From Vicinamibacterales bacterium (GTDB lineage Bacteria > Acidobacteriota > Vicinamibacteria > Vicinamibacterales > UBA8438), in assembly GCA_036012905.1 (NCBI GenBank), contig DASCQF010000109.1, positions 55,757-119,756 on the forward strand: 64,000 bases of DNA, given 5' to 3'. Positions 9,916 through 19,911 of this stretch are shown here, one piece after another. A program made the position numbers and the translations under genes. Position 1 is the stretch's first letter. Each line of letters opens with the position of its first letter. Below the pieces are notes generated by a model, which did not search any database, was not told where the DNA came from, and saw only the letters and a program-made list of their open reading frames with translations.

Positions 9916-10614
9916 GTGTCAGCGCGAACCCATCAGTTCATTTCGCAACCGGACTCGGGCGCCCCGCCTCTGTCGAAGGAATGGCGCGTCCGGCGACGGT
10001 TCGATCGGCGACTACGACTGCTCGGTATCCCGGAAGACCTGACCGGGTGGAGCGTGCTGGATATCGGCGCGTGGCATGGCTATTTCTCGTTCGAGTGCGA
10101 GCGACGTGGAGCCGACCGGGTGCTGGCAGTCGACCGGTTCGCCTGGGACCGGTTCGGGATGGACGAGTTCCTTGCGGCCCACAAGCGGCTCGCCTCGCGG
10201 GTCGAATATCAGCACCTCGACGTGCACGACCTCGACGCTGACACGATTGGGCAGTTCGATCTGGTCCTGCTTCTCGGGGTGTTCTACCATCTGCGCAATC
10301 CGGTGGCGGCACTGGAACGAATTGCCCGGGTGACGAAGCGCCTTCTGATCTGCGAGACCCACGTCCTGCTGCCCTTCATCCACGAGCGATATCCGCTCGT
10401 TCCGTTTTTCCCGGGAGACGAGCGGGCCGGTGAACAGACCTACGACCTGTGTGGCATCCCGACCATGACCGGCCTGACGGAAATGGTGCGCTTCGCCGGC
10501 TTCAGCGAGGTTGATGTAGCGTATCGACCGTCGTTCCGCTACTGGAAGAAATTCGTGGCGCTGGTGACGACGCGCCCCCAGTCGGGACGCGGGATCGTGC
10601 ATGCGAGGCCATAG
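9916..10614 (+). CDS. Class I SAM-dependent methyltransferase (DUF1698/CmoB-like)
   Basis: VLDIGAWHG motif I and FDLVLLLGVFYHLRNP. Confidence 0.8.
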   Translation: MSARTHQFISQPDSGAPPLSKEWRVRRRFDRRLRLLGIPEDLTGWSVLDIGAWHGYFSFECERRGADRVLAVDRFAWDRFGMDEFLAAHKRLASRVEYQHLDVHDLDADTIGQFDLVLLLGVFYHLRNPVAALERIARVTKRLLICETHVLLPFIHERYPLVPFFPGDERAGEQTYDLCGIPTMTGLTEMVRFAGFSEVDVAYRPSFRYWKKFVALVTTRPQSGRGIVHARP

Positions 10615-10630
10615 AGAACATGGTCCGAGA

Positions 10631-10687
10631 AGGCAGGAGACAGGAGACAGGAGACAGGAGGAGCCGGAAGGCTTCGCTGCTTTCGTC
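10631..10687 (-). repeat. Dispersed repeat family A (GCCGGCGAAGCCCTCCGG-like head plus heptamer tail), copy 1
   Basis: Reverse complement reads gacgaaagcagcgaagccttccggctcctcctgtctcctgtctcctgtctcctgcct. Related copies at 14536, 15302, 31321, 48556 and 52680. Confidence 0.8.
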
Positions 10688-10740
10688 AGTGTGTTGAAGA
10701 CACCAGGCGTCGTACGACAGACGAAGGAGAGAGTCACACC

Positions 10741-11637
10741 ATGAACATTGCGGTGATCGGAATGGGCACCATGGGTGCCCCGATGGCGAGAAACCTGCTG
10801 AAGGCAGGCCACAGCGTGGTCGTGCACAACCGGACCCGCGAGCGGGAGGAACCTCTCGAGGCGGAGGGGGCCGCCCGCGCCGAGAGCCCGGCGGCGGCGG
10901 CGCGTGAGGTCGATGTTGTGCTGACCTGCGTCTCCGACACGCCAGATGTACAACGCGTGCTGCTCGACCCCGAGATCGGCGCCATCAACGGACTGCGCGA
11001 GGGCGGGCTGGTCATCGATTGTTCGTCGATCGCGCCGGCGGCCACACGCGACATCGCTGCGACGTTCGGCGAAAAGAACATCGGCTATGTCGATGCACCG
11101 GTCTCGGGAGGCTCGGAAGGAGCCATCAAGGGCACGCTGGCCATCATGTGCGGCGGCAGCACAGCCGATTTCGAGCGCGCCAAACCGGTGCTTGAGATCC
11201 TTGGCGGCAAGATCACACACATAGGCGACGTCGGCGCCGGGCAGATTGCCAAAGTGGCGAACCAGGTGGTCATTGCCGGGACCTTCCTGGCCCTCGGGGA
11301 AGCGCTGACGCTTGCCAGCAAGGCGGGCGCCAATCCCGAGAAGGTGGTCGAGGCGATCGCGGGCGGTGTAGCCGGCTCATGGATTCTGCAGAACCGGTCG
11401 GGCAATATGTTGAACGACACGTACCCGCTCGGTTTTCGCACCCGGCTGCACCGCAAGGATCTGGGCATCGCCCTCGAGACGGCCCGCACATTCGAGGTAC
11501 CGGTCCAGATTGCCAGCCTCGTGGCGACCATCGAAGACGGCCTGATCGCCCAAGGCTTCGGCGACGAGGATATGTCGAATTTGGCGCGCTTCGTCCGGCG
11601 GGGCGCCGGTGTGCCGGACGGACCAATGAAAGGGTGA
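10741..11637 (+). CDS. NAD(P)-dependent 3-hydroxyisobutyrate/tartronate-semialdehyde reductase family oxidoreductase
   Basis: IGMGTMGAPMA Rossmann motif, DAPVSGG and KVANQ catalytic Lys motif. Confidence 0.9.
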   Translation: MNIAVIGMGTMGAPMARNLLKAGHSVVVHNRTREREEPLEAEGAARAESPAAAAREVDVVLTCVSDTPDVQRVLLDPEIGAINGLREGGLVIDCSSIAPAATRDIAATFGEKNIGYVDAPVSGGSEGAIKGTLAIMCGGSTADFERAKPVLEILGGKITHIGDVGAGQIAKVANQVVIAGTFLALGEALTLASKAGANPEKVVEAIAGGVAGSWILQNRSGNMLNDTYPLGFRTRLHRKDLGIALETARTFEVPVQIASLVATIEDGLIAQGFGDEDMSNLARFVRRGAGVPDGPMKG

Positions 11638-11638
11638 A

Positions 11639-12340
11639 ATGCGTAGAAAGGTGTATCCGAGCTCGGTAGCGGCGCTCGACGGGCTGCTGCACGACGGCAT
11701 GACGCTGATGGTGGGCGGCTTCGGCCTGTGCGGTGTACCGCAGAGCCTCGTGCAGGCGCTGCGCGACTCGGGCGTCAAGCAACTCACCTGTATCAGCAAC
11801 AATGCCGGAGTGGACGGCGCCGGGCTCGGGTTGCTGCTCGAGACACGCCAGATCGACAAGATGATTGCCAGCTATGTCGGCGAGAACAAGTTATTCGAAA
11901 AGCAGTTTCTCGACGGCACCATCGAGGTCGAGCTGAATCCACAGGGCACCATGGCGGAGCGGATGCGGGCCGGAGGCGCAGGTATCGCCGCCTTCTACAC
12001 CCCGACCGGCTACGGCACCCCGTTGACCGAGGGCAAGGACACCCGCGAGTTCGACGGCCGCTGGTATGTGCTGGAGACGGCACTCCATGCCGACGTGTCG
12101 CTGGTGAAGGCGTGGAAGGCGGACGAGGCGGGCAACCTCGTCTACCGAATGACGGCCCGGAACTTCAATCCGCCGATGGCGGAGGCGGGACGGGTCACCG
12201 TGGCCGAGGTCGAGGAGATCGTGCCGGCCGGCGAAATCGACCCGCACATGGTGCACACGCCAGGCATCTACGTTGACCGGGTGGTCGTCGGCGAAAACCA
12301 GGACAAGGTCATCGAGCGCCGGAAGACTCGCGAAGGATAA
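11639..12340 (+). CDS. scoA: 3-oxoacid CoA-transferase subunit A
   Basis: [26 protein letters not shown] and TARNFNP motifs. Confidence 0.9.
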   Translation: MRRKVYPSSVAALDGLLHDGMTLMVGGFGLCGVPQSLVQALRDSGVKQLTCISNNAGVDGAGLGLLLETRQIDKMIASYVGENKLFEKQFLDGTIEVELNPQGTMAERMRAGGAGIAAFYTPTGYGTPLTEGKDTREFDGRWYVLETALHADVSLVKAWKADEAGNLVYRMTARNFNPPMAEAGRVTVAEVEEIVPAGEIDPHMVHTPGIYVDRVVVGENQDKVIERRKTREG

Positions 12341-12345
12341 GCGCC

Positions 12346-13002
12346 ATGCCACTCAACCGCGAACAGATTGCCGCACGCGCCGCTCGGGAGATCCAGGACG
12401 GCTACTACGTGAACCTTGGCATCGGCATCCCGACACTGTGCGCCAATTTCATCCCGGACCACGTCGACGTCAAGCTGCAAAGCGAGAACGGCCTGCTGGG
12501 GATCGGGCCCTACCCCACCGAGGACGAGATCGACGCCGACCTCATCAACGCCGGGAAGGAAACTGTTACCGCCGTCCCCGGCGCCAGCTACTTCAGCAGC
12601 GCCCAGAGCTTCGCGATGATCCGTGGCGGTCACATCGACCTCGCGATTCTCGGCGCCATGCAGGTCTCGAGAGAGGGCGACCTCGCGAACTGGATGATCC
12701 CCGGCGCGATGGTCAAGGGGCCCGGCGGCGCCATGGATCTGGTGACCGGCGCCAAGCAGGTCCTGATCGTCATGGGCCATCTGTCGAAGCGGGGCGAGCG
12801 AAAGATTCTCAACCGCTGTAGCCTGCCGCTAACCGGCAAGAAGGTGGTCAACACCCTGGTCACCTCGCTCGCCGTCATCGAGGTGACGGCGGATGGACTC
12901 CGGCTGCTGGAACGCGCCCCGGGCGTGACGGTGGACGAGATCCGGGAGGCAACCGAGCCGGCGCTGCTGACCGATGGCGAGGTGCCGGAGGTGACGGTCT
13001 GA
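12346..13002 (+). CDS. scoB: 3-oxoacid CoA-transferase subunit B
   Basis: [15 protein letters not shown] (catalytic Glu) and GPGGAMDL motifs. Confidence 0.92.
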   Translation: MPLNREQIAARAAREIQDGYYVNLGIGIPTLCANFIPDHVDVKLQSENGLLGIGPYPTEDEIDADLINAGKETVTAVPGASYFSSAQSFAMIRGGHIDLAILGAMQVSREGDLANWMIPGAMVKGPGGAMDLVTGAKQVLIVMGHLSKRGERKILNRCSLPLTGKKVVNTLVTSLAVIEVTADGLRLLERAPGVTVDEIREATEPALLTDGEVPEVTV

Positions 13003-13094
13003 TCGCTACCCGTCGGTAAGCACCGTCGCGGGATCGAATCGTGCGGCGCGGCGCCGTGTTGGACACCAGCAGCACAAGCGCCAGCACCCCGCCC

Positions 13095-13352
13095 GCGTGG
13101 GGTTCGGGGCGCAGGCCCATCCTGTACTGAACAAGGCGCGTACAGCGCGCCCCGCGCACGCGGAGCCGTCCTCTAGCGGGGTGCCACGAAATACCGCGCC
13201 GGTTTCCGGAGCGCGGCGCCCGGCTGGCAAGGCGCTACGAGGGAGCATGCAGGCGTCATGTGACCGAGGAAGCAACACCGCCAGACGGGATGCCCCGCCC
13301 GGAAACCGGGGTCCCCGCGTAGCGGACGCGTGGGGCTTGGGGCGAAGCCCCG
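13095..13352. repeat. Mosaic of palindromic/REP-like repeats including a truncated MITE-family C copy (about 13172-13309)
   Basis: Inner inverted pair ccggtttccgg...ccggaaaccgg. The core gcaaggcgc..gagggagcat..gaccga..gcaac.ccgc is shared with the element at 50312. Hairpin ggggcttggggcgaagcccc lies between convergent genes. Confidence 0.65.
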
Positions 13353-13353
13353 T

Positions 13354-14442
13354 CTAATAAATAAGCATCGCAACGACGAAGACGACGATGGCGAGCATGA
13401 CGACCCACTGCCAGATTTCCTGCTGGTCCTCGGCTGGGATCAACTGGAAGGAAATACTGCGGTGGGAGTCGACGACATTGCGGAGGAAGGCACTCGAGGT
13501 CACTTGCGGGCTATCAACGATGAACGTGCGGCCACCAGTGCGCTGCTCAATCCCACCGAGGTTGTCGAGCGCAAGCCGCGTACGCTGCCCCTCGAGGTCC
13601 GCCTCGAGCGTCTCGTCGTAGTCGACGCCACGGACGTAGTCCGTCAAGACCGAGTCGACGTTCGCCCCGGTGCGGCTGCCGATCGCGACCGGATAGATCA
13701 CCAAGCCGCGGCGGCGGAACTCGCCGAGCGCCACATCCATCCGACTCATCTGCTCGGCGTCGCTGAGAAAGTCGCCATCGGTGAAGAGCAGCACCAACCG
13801 ATCGCTGCGTTCCTCCGGCGTCCAGTTGTCCTCCCCTTCTTCGAATCGGTCCTGGTTGTCGAGCGACAGGTAGATCGATTCGAACGCCATCGCCACGTCG
13901 CTGTCCCACGGAAAGGCATCCCCAGACAGCGTCGGCGGTGGCCCAATGCGGCCCACCGCCTCGACGAACCGCTCCGCGTTCGACGACATGTGCACGCGCC
14001 GCAGCGCGGTGGTCCCCCAGACGAAAACGGCCGTTCGGTCACCCGGCGTCAGGATGTCCTGCGTGTAGAGGCTCAGCGCCTCCCGAACCGCCAGCTCCAG
14101 CCGCGAAGGGCCCAGGTCCTTGACCCACATCGACGCCGACGCATCGATGGCGACCACGACGTCTACGTCACCCCGCTTGAAGCTCGACCCGCCGTAGATC
14201 CAGAACGGGCGGGCCGCTGCAATCGCCACCAGCGTCAGCGCGCCGATCGCCAGGAACCAGAACTTGATGTGGCCGAAGAGCGGATAGCGCGAGCCCTCGG
14301 TGCGCGCCGGGCGCAGCTGCAGTCGGACCGCAAAGACCAGCAGCCCTAACACCAGCAGTAACCCGGCGATCGGCACGACCGCCAGATACTCCGGGTTGGC
14401 GAACTCGACGCTCTCCTGAAACAGACTGGCGATGGCGTCCAT
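13354..14442 (-). CDS. Membrane-anchored vWA domain protein (MxaL-like position)
   Basis: MIDAS motif DASAS plus FTDGD, N- and C-terminal TM helices, last gene of the MoxR cassette. Confidence 0.85.
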   Translation of the reverse strand: MDAIASLFQESVEFANPEYLAVVPIAGLLLVLGLLVFAVRLQLRPARTEGSRYPLFGHIKFWFLAIGALTLVAIAAARPFWIYGGSSFKRGDVDVVVAIDASASMWVKDLGPSRLELAVREALSLYTQDILTPGDRTAVFVWGTTALRRVHMSSNAERFVEAVGRIGPPPTLSGDAFPWDSDVAMAFESIYLSLDNQDRFEEGEDNWTPEERSDRLVLLFTDGDFLSDAEQMSRMDVALGEFRRRGLVIYPVAIGSRTGANVDSVLTDYVRGVDYDETLEADLEGQRTRLALDNLGGIEQRTGGRTFIVDSPQVTSSAFLRNVVDSHRSISFQLIPAEDQQEIWQWVVMLAIVVFVVAMLIY

Positions 14443-14452
14443 GGCGTGTGTG

Positions 14453-14479
14453 GCAGGCGGCCCTGAAGGGCCTTGCTAC
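14453..14479 (-). repeat. GTAG-type REP-like palindrome
   Basis: Minus strand reads gtagcaaggcccttcagggccgcctgc, i.e. GTAG followed by a ggccc-ttca-gggcc hairpin. Confidence 0.5.
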
Positions 14480-14535
14480 CGCGTGTCGGCGTTGTCCGTG
14501 GCGACCCTGCCTATCGGCGACAGCCCGCAGGAACA

Positions 14536-14593
14536 GAGGCCGGCGAAGCCCTCCGGCCTTCTTCTGACTTCCGACTTCTGACTTCTGACTTCT
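14536..14593 (+). repeat. Repeat family A, copy 2 (TTCTGAC heptamer tail)
   Basis: gaggccggcgaagccctccggccttcttctgacttccgacttctgacttctgacttct. Confidence 0.8.
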
Positions 14594-14606
14594 CGAGCAT
14601 CAGCTG

Positions 14607-15272
14607 CTACCCTCGGCGGCGACGAACAGGTGTGCCCTCGCCCTTCATCTGCTCCAGCTCGGGCGGCTCGATCTCGCGCGGCGGCTCGAGCGCGCGACGG
14701 ATCGCCTCGGGGTTACTCGTCAGATCGTAGTTCCACTTGTAGTCGAAATTGTCGGAGAGGTCTCCACGCAGCGCTCGCTCGTAGTCGGCGTTCACCGTCT
14801 CCATCACTTCGAGGATAATCGCTTCCTTCATGACCTGCGCGTTCGGATTCTCGCCGTCAATCGCGCGGTAGCGTTGCCGCGCCAGCATGAATTTCGCGCT
14901 CGCCAGCAGGTAGGAGGCCCGTGGGTCGTCGATGTCGTCGGCCAGGTCGGCCACCACACTCTCGTAATCGCCGGTCAGGTAGCTGTAGGACGCCTGCTGC
15001 AGAAACGCGTCCTGAAACAGATACGACTCGGCGACCGCCTGCATTCCCCAGAGGCGGCTTCCTTCGTAGAAAGCGGTCACTTCTGCCAGCTGTGCCTCCG
15101 CGCCGTCGAAATCGCCGCGCCGGACACTGTCACTCAGTCCGTCGAGATTCGAGTAGAAGCCGGCCAAGCTCCGTGACGGCACCGACACGCCGAAAAAGAA
15201 CAGCAGCGCCAGGACGAAACCAACGAGGTAGCGGAAAGAATTTTCCTTGTCGAGCAGGTCTGTCAATCGCAT
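14607..15272 (-). CDS. Membrane-anchored helical/TPR-like protein (MxaK-like)
   Basis: One N-terminal TM and a helical body. YERALRGDLSDNFDYKWNYDL resembles the terminal TPR-like motif of MxaK/BatC. It lies between two vWA genes. Confidence 0.7.
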   Translation of the reverse strand: MRLTDLLDKENSFRYLVGFVLALLFFFGVSVPSRSLAGFYSNLDGLSDSVRRGDFDGAEAQLAEVTAFYEGSRLWGMQAVAESYLFQDAFLQQASYSYLTGDYESVVADLADDIDDPRASYLLASAKFMLARQRYRAIDGENPNAQVMKEAIILEVMETVNADYERALRGDLSDNFDYKWNYDLTSNPEAIRRALEPPREIEPPELEQMKGEGTPVRRRRG

Positions 15273-15301
15273 ATTGTCTGTCCCTGACCAGGACGTCTGA
15301 A

Positions 15302-15354
15302 GACGAAGCCGGCGAAACCCGCAGGTTTCTCCTGCCTCCTGAGTCCTGTCTCCT
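15302..15354 (+). repeat. Repeat family A, copy 3
   Basis: gacgaagccggcgaaacccgcaggtttctcctgcctcctgagtcctgtctcct. Confidence 0.8.
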
Positions 15355-15359
15355 TTGTC

Positions 15360-16490
15360 CTACGGGCTCGTGCCCCAGAGCAACTCCGACATGAATCCCA
15401 GCGGAATGCCGACCACCAGCAGCCCCATCGCCACCAGCAAGAACCGCGAATAGATCGGCACCTTCAACGCCCGGTGCCGCAATTCCACCCGTACCGCCTC
15501 ACGCTCGTCGATCGCCTCATAGGCGCGCGCCAGGCTGTCCTCATCGGTGACGTCGAAGTAGTCGCCGCCATAATCCTGGATCTGCGACACCAGCTGCGGC
15601 ACCGTCGGATGCAGGAAGCTCGCTGTGCGCGCGTCGCTGGTGTTGATGTAGATGACGTAGGGCACGATGTTCCGCTTGCTGAGCTCCTCGAACTCCGCGT
15701 CCGGGAACTCGTCGACCGCCGCATCGGTGATGATCAGCACTGCTCGGTTCTGGTTCGTGCCCCCGCCGACTGTCGCCTCGTCCTGGTCGAAGTACCTCAC
15801 GATGTCCTGGAGCGGGCGGATGATGTTGGTGTCCCCCTCGGCCGGAATAATCCGCACCTTGTCGATGGGCACCACCATCGCCTTGTCGAGCCGCTGGGTC
15901 ATCACATACGGCGCGTCCCACACCTGGAAGTAATACCACTCGTCGTCCATGACGAAGTCGTCCACCATGTAGGGATAGGTGGAGAACAGCCAGAGCGACA
16001 CGCGGTCATTCTTCTCGCGCCGCATCTCGAGGAACTCGAGATGCGCGTCACGCGCTACTTCGGCCTTCGACTTGTTGGTGTCGGGAAACTCCCACGCCAT
16101 CGAGCCCGACGTGTCGACCAGATCAATCCGGACCCGCGACTCGACGTAGCCGCTCACCTCCTCGGTGGCGGTCAGGAACGGGTCGGCGACCGACACGATG
16201 AGCAGGACGAGCGCAGCCGCAAGCAACAGCTTCGGCGCGCTGTGCACCAGCCGGATCCACAGGCGCTTCTGATGGCCTGCCTCGATGACGTGCCCGGAAT
16301 GCTGGCGGGCGTGTCGTTTCTGCCTGGCGGCCAGCCGAAGCACCGTCAGCGCCAGCGCCACGCCGACACCGATGGCGAGCCAAATCGCCATACCGACGTC
16401 GCCATACCGGATCTGGGTGAAATCGGTCTCGACCAGCTCGCGGACTCCGGCATCGAGAAACGCGACTAGCTCCGACCAGGGCACTAACAT
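15360..16490 (-). CDS. Membrane-anchored vWA domain protein (MxaC/BatA-like)
   Basis: MIDAS motif DTSGS plus IITDA, YEAIDERE and terminal TM helices. Confidence 0.85.
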   Translation of the reverse strand: MLVPWSELVAFLDAGVRELVETDFTQIRYGDVGMAIWLAIGVGVALALTVLRLAARQKRHARQHSGHVIEAGHQKRLWIRLVHSAPKLLLAAALVLLIVSVADPFLTATEEVSGYVESRVRIDLVDTSGSMAWEFPDTNKSKAEVARDAHLEFLEMRREKNDRVSLWLFSTYPYMVDDFVMDDEWYYFQVWDAPYVMTQRLDKAMVVPIDKVRIIPAEGDTNIIRPLQDIVRYFDQDEATVGGGTNQNRAVLIITDAAVDEFPDAEFEELSKRNIVPYVIYINTSDARTASFLHPTVPQLVSQIQDYGGDYFDVTDEDSLARAYEAIDEREAVRVELRHRALKVPIYSRFLLVAMGLLVVGIPLGFMSELLWGTSP

Positions 16491-16504
16491 AAATGCAGGT
16501 CCCG

Positions 16505-17611
16505 CTACCGTCCCACCAGCGCCTTCAGGCTGTTGAGCAACCGCACGTGCGGCCGCAGCAGCTTCAGCGCCTCTTCCATCGACCGGGCCTCTTCTCCCGG
16601 GCTCTCGATCGGCGCCGGCTCATCGTGCTCGAGACCGTACTGGTATGCCACCAACCGGCCGGTCAGCGTGCGCAGGGCTTCCTTGCGCGGTCCGTCGGCA
16701 AGCGCCTCGGCGTGTCGCTGCATGTCGAGCACGGTGTCACCGGGGTGCAAGTCCGGCAGCTCTGCGTGCAGATAGTCGCGCAGCGACAGGACCAGCCCAC
16801 GTTCGACCTCGGTCAGTATGGGTGCGTCGGCGCTCGGCGACACATCCTGCAGCGCCGACAGTTGGCGGTTCAGCGCACGCCGTGCATCCCAGATCGACGG
16901 CGGCACTGGAATCTGCGCCTCGAGCCGCGCCAACTCCTCTGCTTCCTGGGCCTTCTCGAGCGAGATCGCTTTCGGCTTGCGGGCCGACCGGACCAGCATC
17001 ACGAGCCAGACGAACAGCGGCAGCGGCGCCACGGTCCAGGCAAGCGTCCGGAAGAACGTCGCGCGGCCACTAAAGGCGCCCAGTTCGATGGTGTCGCGGA
17101 TGGCAAGCACCGGTTCGTCGGTAATGGTCGAGACATACCGGACCAGGCCCTGTCCGCCGTCGACCTGCTGCACCTCGGCATCCTCGATATCCTCGCCCAG
17201 GTCGCGGACAAGATAGTAGAAGCTGAAGTTTGGCAGCAGGTAGGTCATCTTGCTCGGGTCAACCAGGCGAAACCCGTAGGTGAAGGTCCAGATGTGCTCA
17301 TCCTCCACCCGGCTCCTCTCGATGGTCAGCGAGACTCCTTCGAACGGGTGCACCGGCAGCGTCTCCGGCGCCATCCGGTCCTCGAGAATGATGATCTCCT
17401 GCCCCTCGCTGATCAGGTCCGGGAACCGGACGCGGTAGGGCTGGATGAGCAGGTCGCCGGTTTTGAGGACGGTCGGCTGCAACTCCAAGGTCTCGACGCG
17501 CACCGGCCCGACCGGCGCCTCGCTCATGTCGGGCGGTTGCGCGGCGCTGGTCGCGGACGTGAGAACTAGGGCGACGCCGAGAACGATCGCGTGTGTGCGT
17601 GTCATGTCCAT
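16505..17611 (-). CDS. Single-pass membrane protein (MxaA-like position)
   Basis: Signal peptide, beta-rich periplasmic part, one TM and a helical tail. Third gene of the MoxR cassette. Confidence 0.7.
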   Translation of the reverse strand: MDMTRTHAIVLGVALVLTSATSAAQPPDMSEAPVGPVRVETLELQPTVLKTGDLLIQPYRVRFPDLISEGQEIIILEDRMAPETLPVHPFEGVSLTIERSRVEDEHIWTFTYGFRLVDPSKMTYLLPNFSFYYLVRDLGEDIEDAEVQQVDGGQGLVRYVSTITDEPVLAIRDTIELGAFSGRATFFRTLAWTVAPLPLFVWLVMLVRSARKPKAISLEKAQEAEELARLEAQIPVPPSIWDARRALNRQLSALQDVSPSADAPILTEVERGLVLSLRDYLHAELPDLHPGDTVLDMQRHAEALADGPRKEALRTLTGRLVAYQYGLEHDEPAPIESPGEEARSMEEALKLLRPHVRLLNSLKALVGR

Positions 17612-17625
17612 CCGTGGCTGGTGCG

Positions 17626-18543
17626 CTAGCGGGCTGTGCGCGAAATCAGGAACTTGGGCAACGCCTCGATGTGATTCTCCGGAGTCAGCACGACAGAATC
17701 GATACCAGCCTGATACTTCAGCTTGTATTGCAGCGACTCGCGTGACTCTTCAATCCGGCGCCGGATCGCGCCCGCCTTGCGGGCCGAGATCACGGTCTGT
17801 TTTCCGGTCTCCATGTCCGAGATCCTGATGTACCCCAAGCGGCTCTTGACGCGAAACTCCTCAGGATCATCCAGAATGAGCACCATCATATCGTGCTTCG
17901 ACGCCAGCGTGCTCAGCACCTTGAAATCGATGGCATCGGGGTCGTTCACCAAGTCGACGAGGTCGGTCAAAACGATGACCGAGTACCGCATCTTCAGCCG
18001 CGCGATCATGAAGTCGAGCGCGACCTTCAAATGTGCCGTGCGACGGGTCGGGAACTCGCGCTCGAGCTTCATCTTCTCGAAGATCTGCTGCGCCATGTAG
18101 AAGACCTGCGAGGTGCCGAGCTTGGGCCTCAGATACATCTCGATACGGTCGGAGTAACCGAGCAGACCCACCGGGTCGCGCACGTTGGCGCGAGTCAACC
18201 CGATGTTGCCCAGCAGATCGAGCATCAAGAGCGCCTTGTTCGACTCCTGCGAGATCTGGAAGAGCGTGGAGTAGGACAGGTCGCACACAACGAGCGTGCG
18301 GAGCTCCTTGGGCTCCATCCGCTCGATCTTGTAGAGCTTCTCGGGGAACGTGCGGAGACTGAGGGCCCAGGCGACATCCTTCAGGGGTTGGCCCGGCCGC
18401 CACTGCTCGACCCCCACGATATCGTAGCCGGCCCCCTTGAACCCGCTCTTGTGCTCGCCGAAATGAACACTCGTGGAGCGCTTCCTCGCCCGAATGCCGT
18501 GTTTGATGTCGCGGAACCGGGCAAAGACCTCGTCTACTTCCAC
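17626..18543 (-). CDS. DUF58 family protein (MxaS-like)
   Basis: GEHKSGFKGAGYDI..WRPG..DVAW and VVCDLSYS motifs. GTG start at 18543 with GGAGG 7 nt upstream, overlapping the moxR stop. Confidence 0.85.
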   Translation of the reverse strand: MEVDEVFARFRDIKHGIRARKRSTSVHFGEHKSGFKGAGYDIVGVEQWRPGQPLKDVAWALSLRTFPEKLYKIERMEPKELRTLVVCDLSYSTLFQISQESNKALLMLDLLGNIGLTRANVRDPVGLLGYSDRIEMYLRPKLGTSQVFYMAQQIFEKMKLEREFPTRRTAHLKVALDFMIARLKMRYSVIVLTDLVDLVNDPDAIDFKVLSTLASKHDMMVLILDDPEEFRVKSRLGYIRISDMETGKQTVISARKAGAIRRRIEESRESLQYKLKYQAGIDSVVLTPENHIEALPKFLISRTAR

Positions 18544-19649
18544 GGCGGAACCTCCATGTCCCGCACAATCTGCTGGAGCAGCTCTTCCTTGTCGACCGAG
18601 AACTCCATGCCCTCGCGAAGCACGAGCCGGTGTGCCAGCACCGGGAGAGCGACCGCCTTGATATGGTCCGGCGTGATCACCGTGTCGCCATTGAAGAACG
18701 CAAACGTTCGGGCCACCGCTTCGAGGTGAAAATGGACGCGTGGCGAGATCCCCACCCGGATATACTCCCTCACCGTGCGGGCGGCGCGCCCAACAACGCG
18801 GTGCGGCCGTGTGTTCCGGATCAGCCGCACCTTGTATTGCTGGGCGTAATCGGACATTTTCACGTTGTCGAAGATGTAGCGCGCGATGTCGAGCACCTCG
18901 TAGAGGTCGGTCAGCTTCTCGACCTTGCGCCCGACGACGTTGCTGGCGCTGATCTTCAGCTCGTCCTCCTCCTCCTCCGGATCCAGCATGTTGATCGAGA
19001 GGGTTGTCCGGTCGAGCTGCGCGACGGGATTGGCGAAGGTGCCTTCCTCCTCGCCAAAAATGTTCTCGGTGCAAATCACCATGAAGAACCGGGGCCCCTC
19101 GATGTCACTGAAGTCGCACGACAGGGGGAACAACGGCAGAATCTTGCCCTCGGCGAGGTTGCCGTAATCGGAGCTGAGCGTCGCAGAGCTCTCCTCCATC
19201 CCTTCGAGCACCGCCGCCTTGGTCTTACCCGACAACCGGTTGTCCTCGTCGATGAGCACGATGTGCGCCATCAACTTGCCCGGCTTGAAGTGCATCTTCC
19301 GGGTACCGTCGAGCTCCTCGACGATCGTCTCATAACCCAGGATGTCTTCCGGCATGTAGGTCGGCATGCCCTGGATCCGCTCGAACTTTGCGTCGATCGC
19401 CATCGCACAGGCGCTCACCAGGTCGGTCTTGCCGGTGCCGGTCGGCCCCCTGAACATGATGTGGGGCTGACGCAGCAACTTGCTCTGGCTCAACTTGTCG
19501 GTATACGGCAACAGCGTGAAGAAGGCCCAGGACAGGATGCGAGCGGCATCGTCCAGACCGTAGAGCCACTTGGTCGACTCCTTCTGGAACCGCTGGACCA
19601 CCTCGTTGGCCCGGTCGAAGTCGACGGTGCGCGTGGGTTGAACGGCCAT
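18534..19649 (-). CDS. moxR: MoxR family AAA+ ATPase (MxaR-like)
   Basis: Walker A GPTGTGKT, Walker B IVLIDEDNR, AVLEGMEE, AQLDR, GISPR and VLAHRL. ATG at 19649 follows a GAGAGAG RBS. Confidence 0.9.
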   Translation of the reverse strand: MAVQPTRTVDFDRANEVVQRFQKESTKWLYGLDDAARILSWAFFTLLPYTDKLSQSKLLRQPHIMFRGPTGTGKTDLVSACAMAIDAKFERIQGMPTYMPEDILGYETIVEELDGTRKMHFKPGKLMAHIVLIDEDNRLSGKTKAAVLEGMEESSATLSSDYGNLAEGKILPLFPLSCDFSDIEGPRFFMVICTENIFGEEEGTFANPVAQLDRTTLSINMLDPEEEEDELKISASNVVGRKVEKLTDLYEVLDIARYIFDNVKMSDYAQQYKVRLIRNTRPHRVVGRAARTVREYIRVGISPRVHFHLEAVARTFAFFNGDTVITPDHIKAVALPVLAHRLVLREGMEFSVDKEELLQQIVRDMEVPPWK

Positions 19650-19911
19650 GAACTCTCTCGCTCTCCCTTCAGTGGGGTGTCCGATTGGCGGCCTGGAACA
19701 CGCCCAAACAGGCGGTGCAGTGAGGCCCAATGGCCTCTGAGGGCCCGCTCGCCTCGCGGGCGAACGCTACAGTGTCTCCGTGTCGTGCCTCTTCGTCAAG
19801 GTTGACGTGCTCGGAGGAGGGGATGACGGGTGCCGGGTTGCCGGCGCCACACGGGGCAGGCAATCGCCGAGCGTCCTACCGCGACGAGACGCGCACCGGC
19901 CCTGGCGACCC

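Noticed and set aside
10631..10687. Short repeats as a CRISPR array
   Set aside because: They are tandem 7-mers without unique spacers, and no cas genes are present.
18544..19074. 482-aa version of the DUF58 ORF
   Set aside because: The extension overlaps moxR in another frame. GTG 18543 has a good RBS and gives a normal length.
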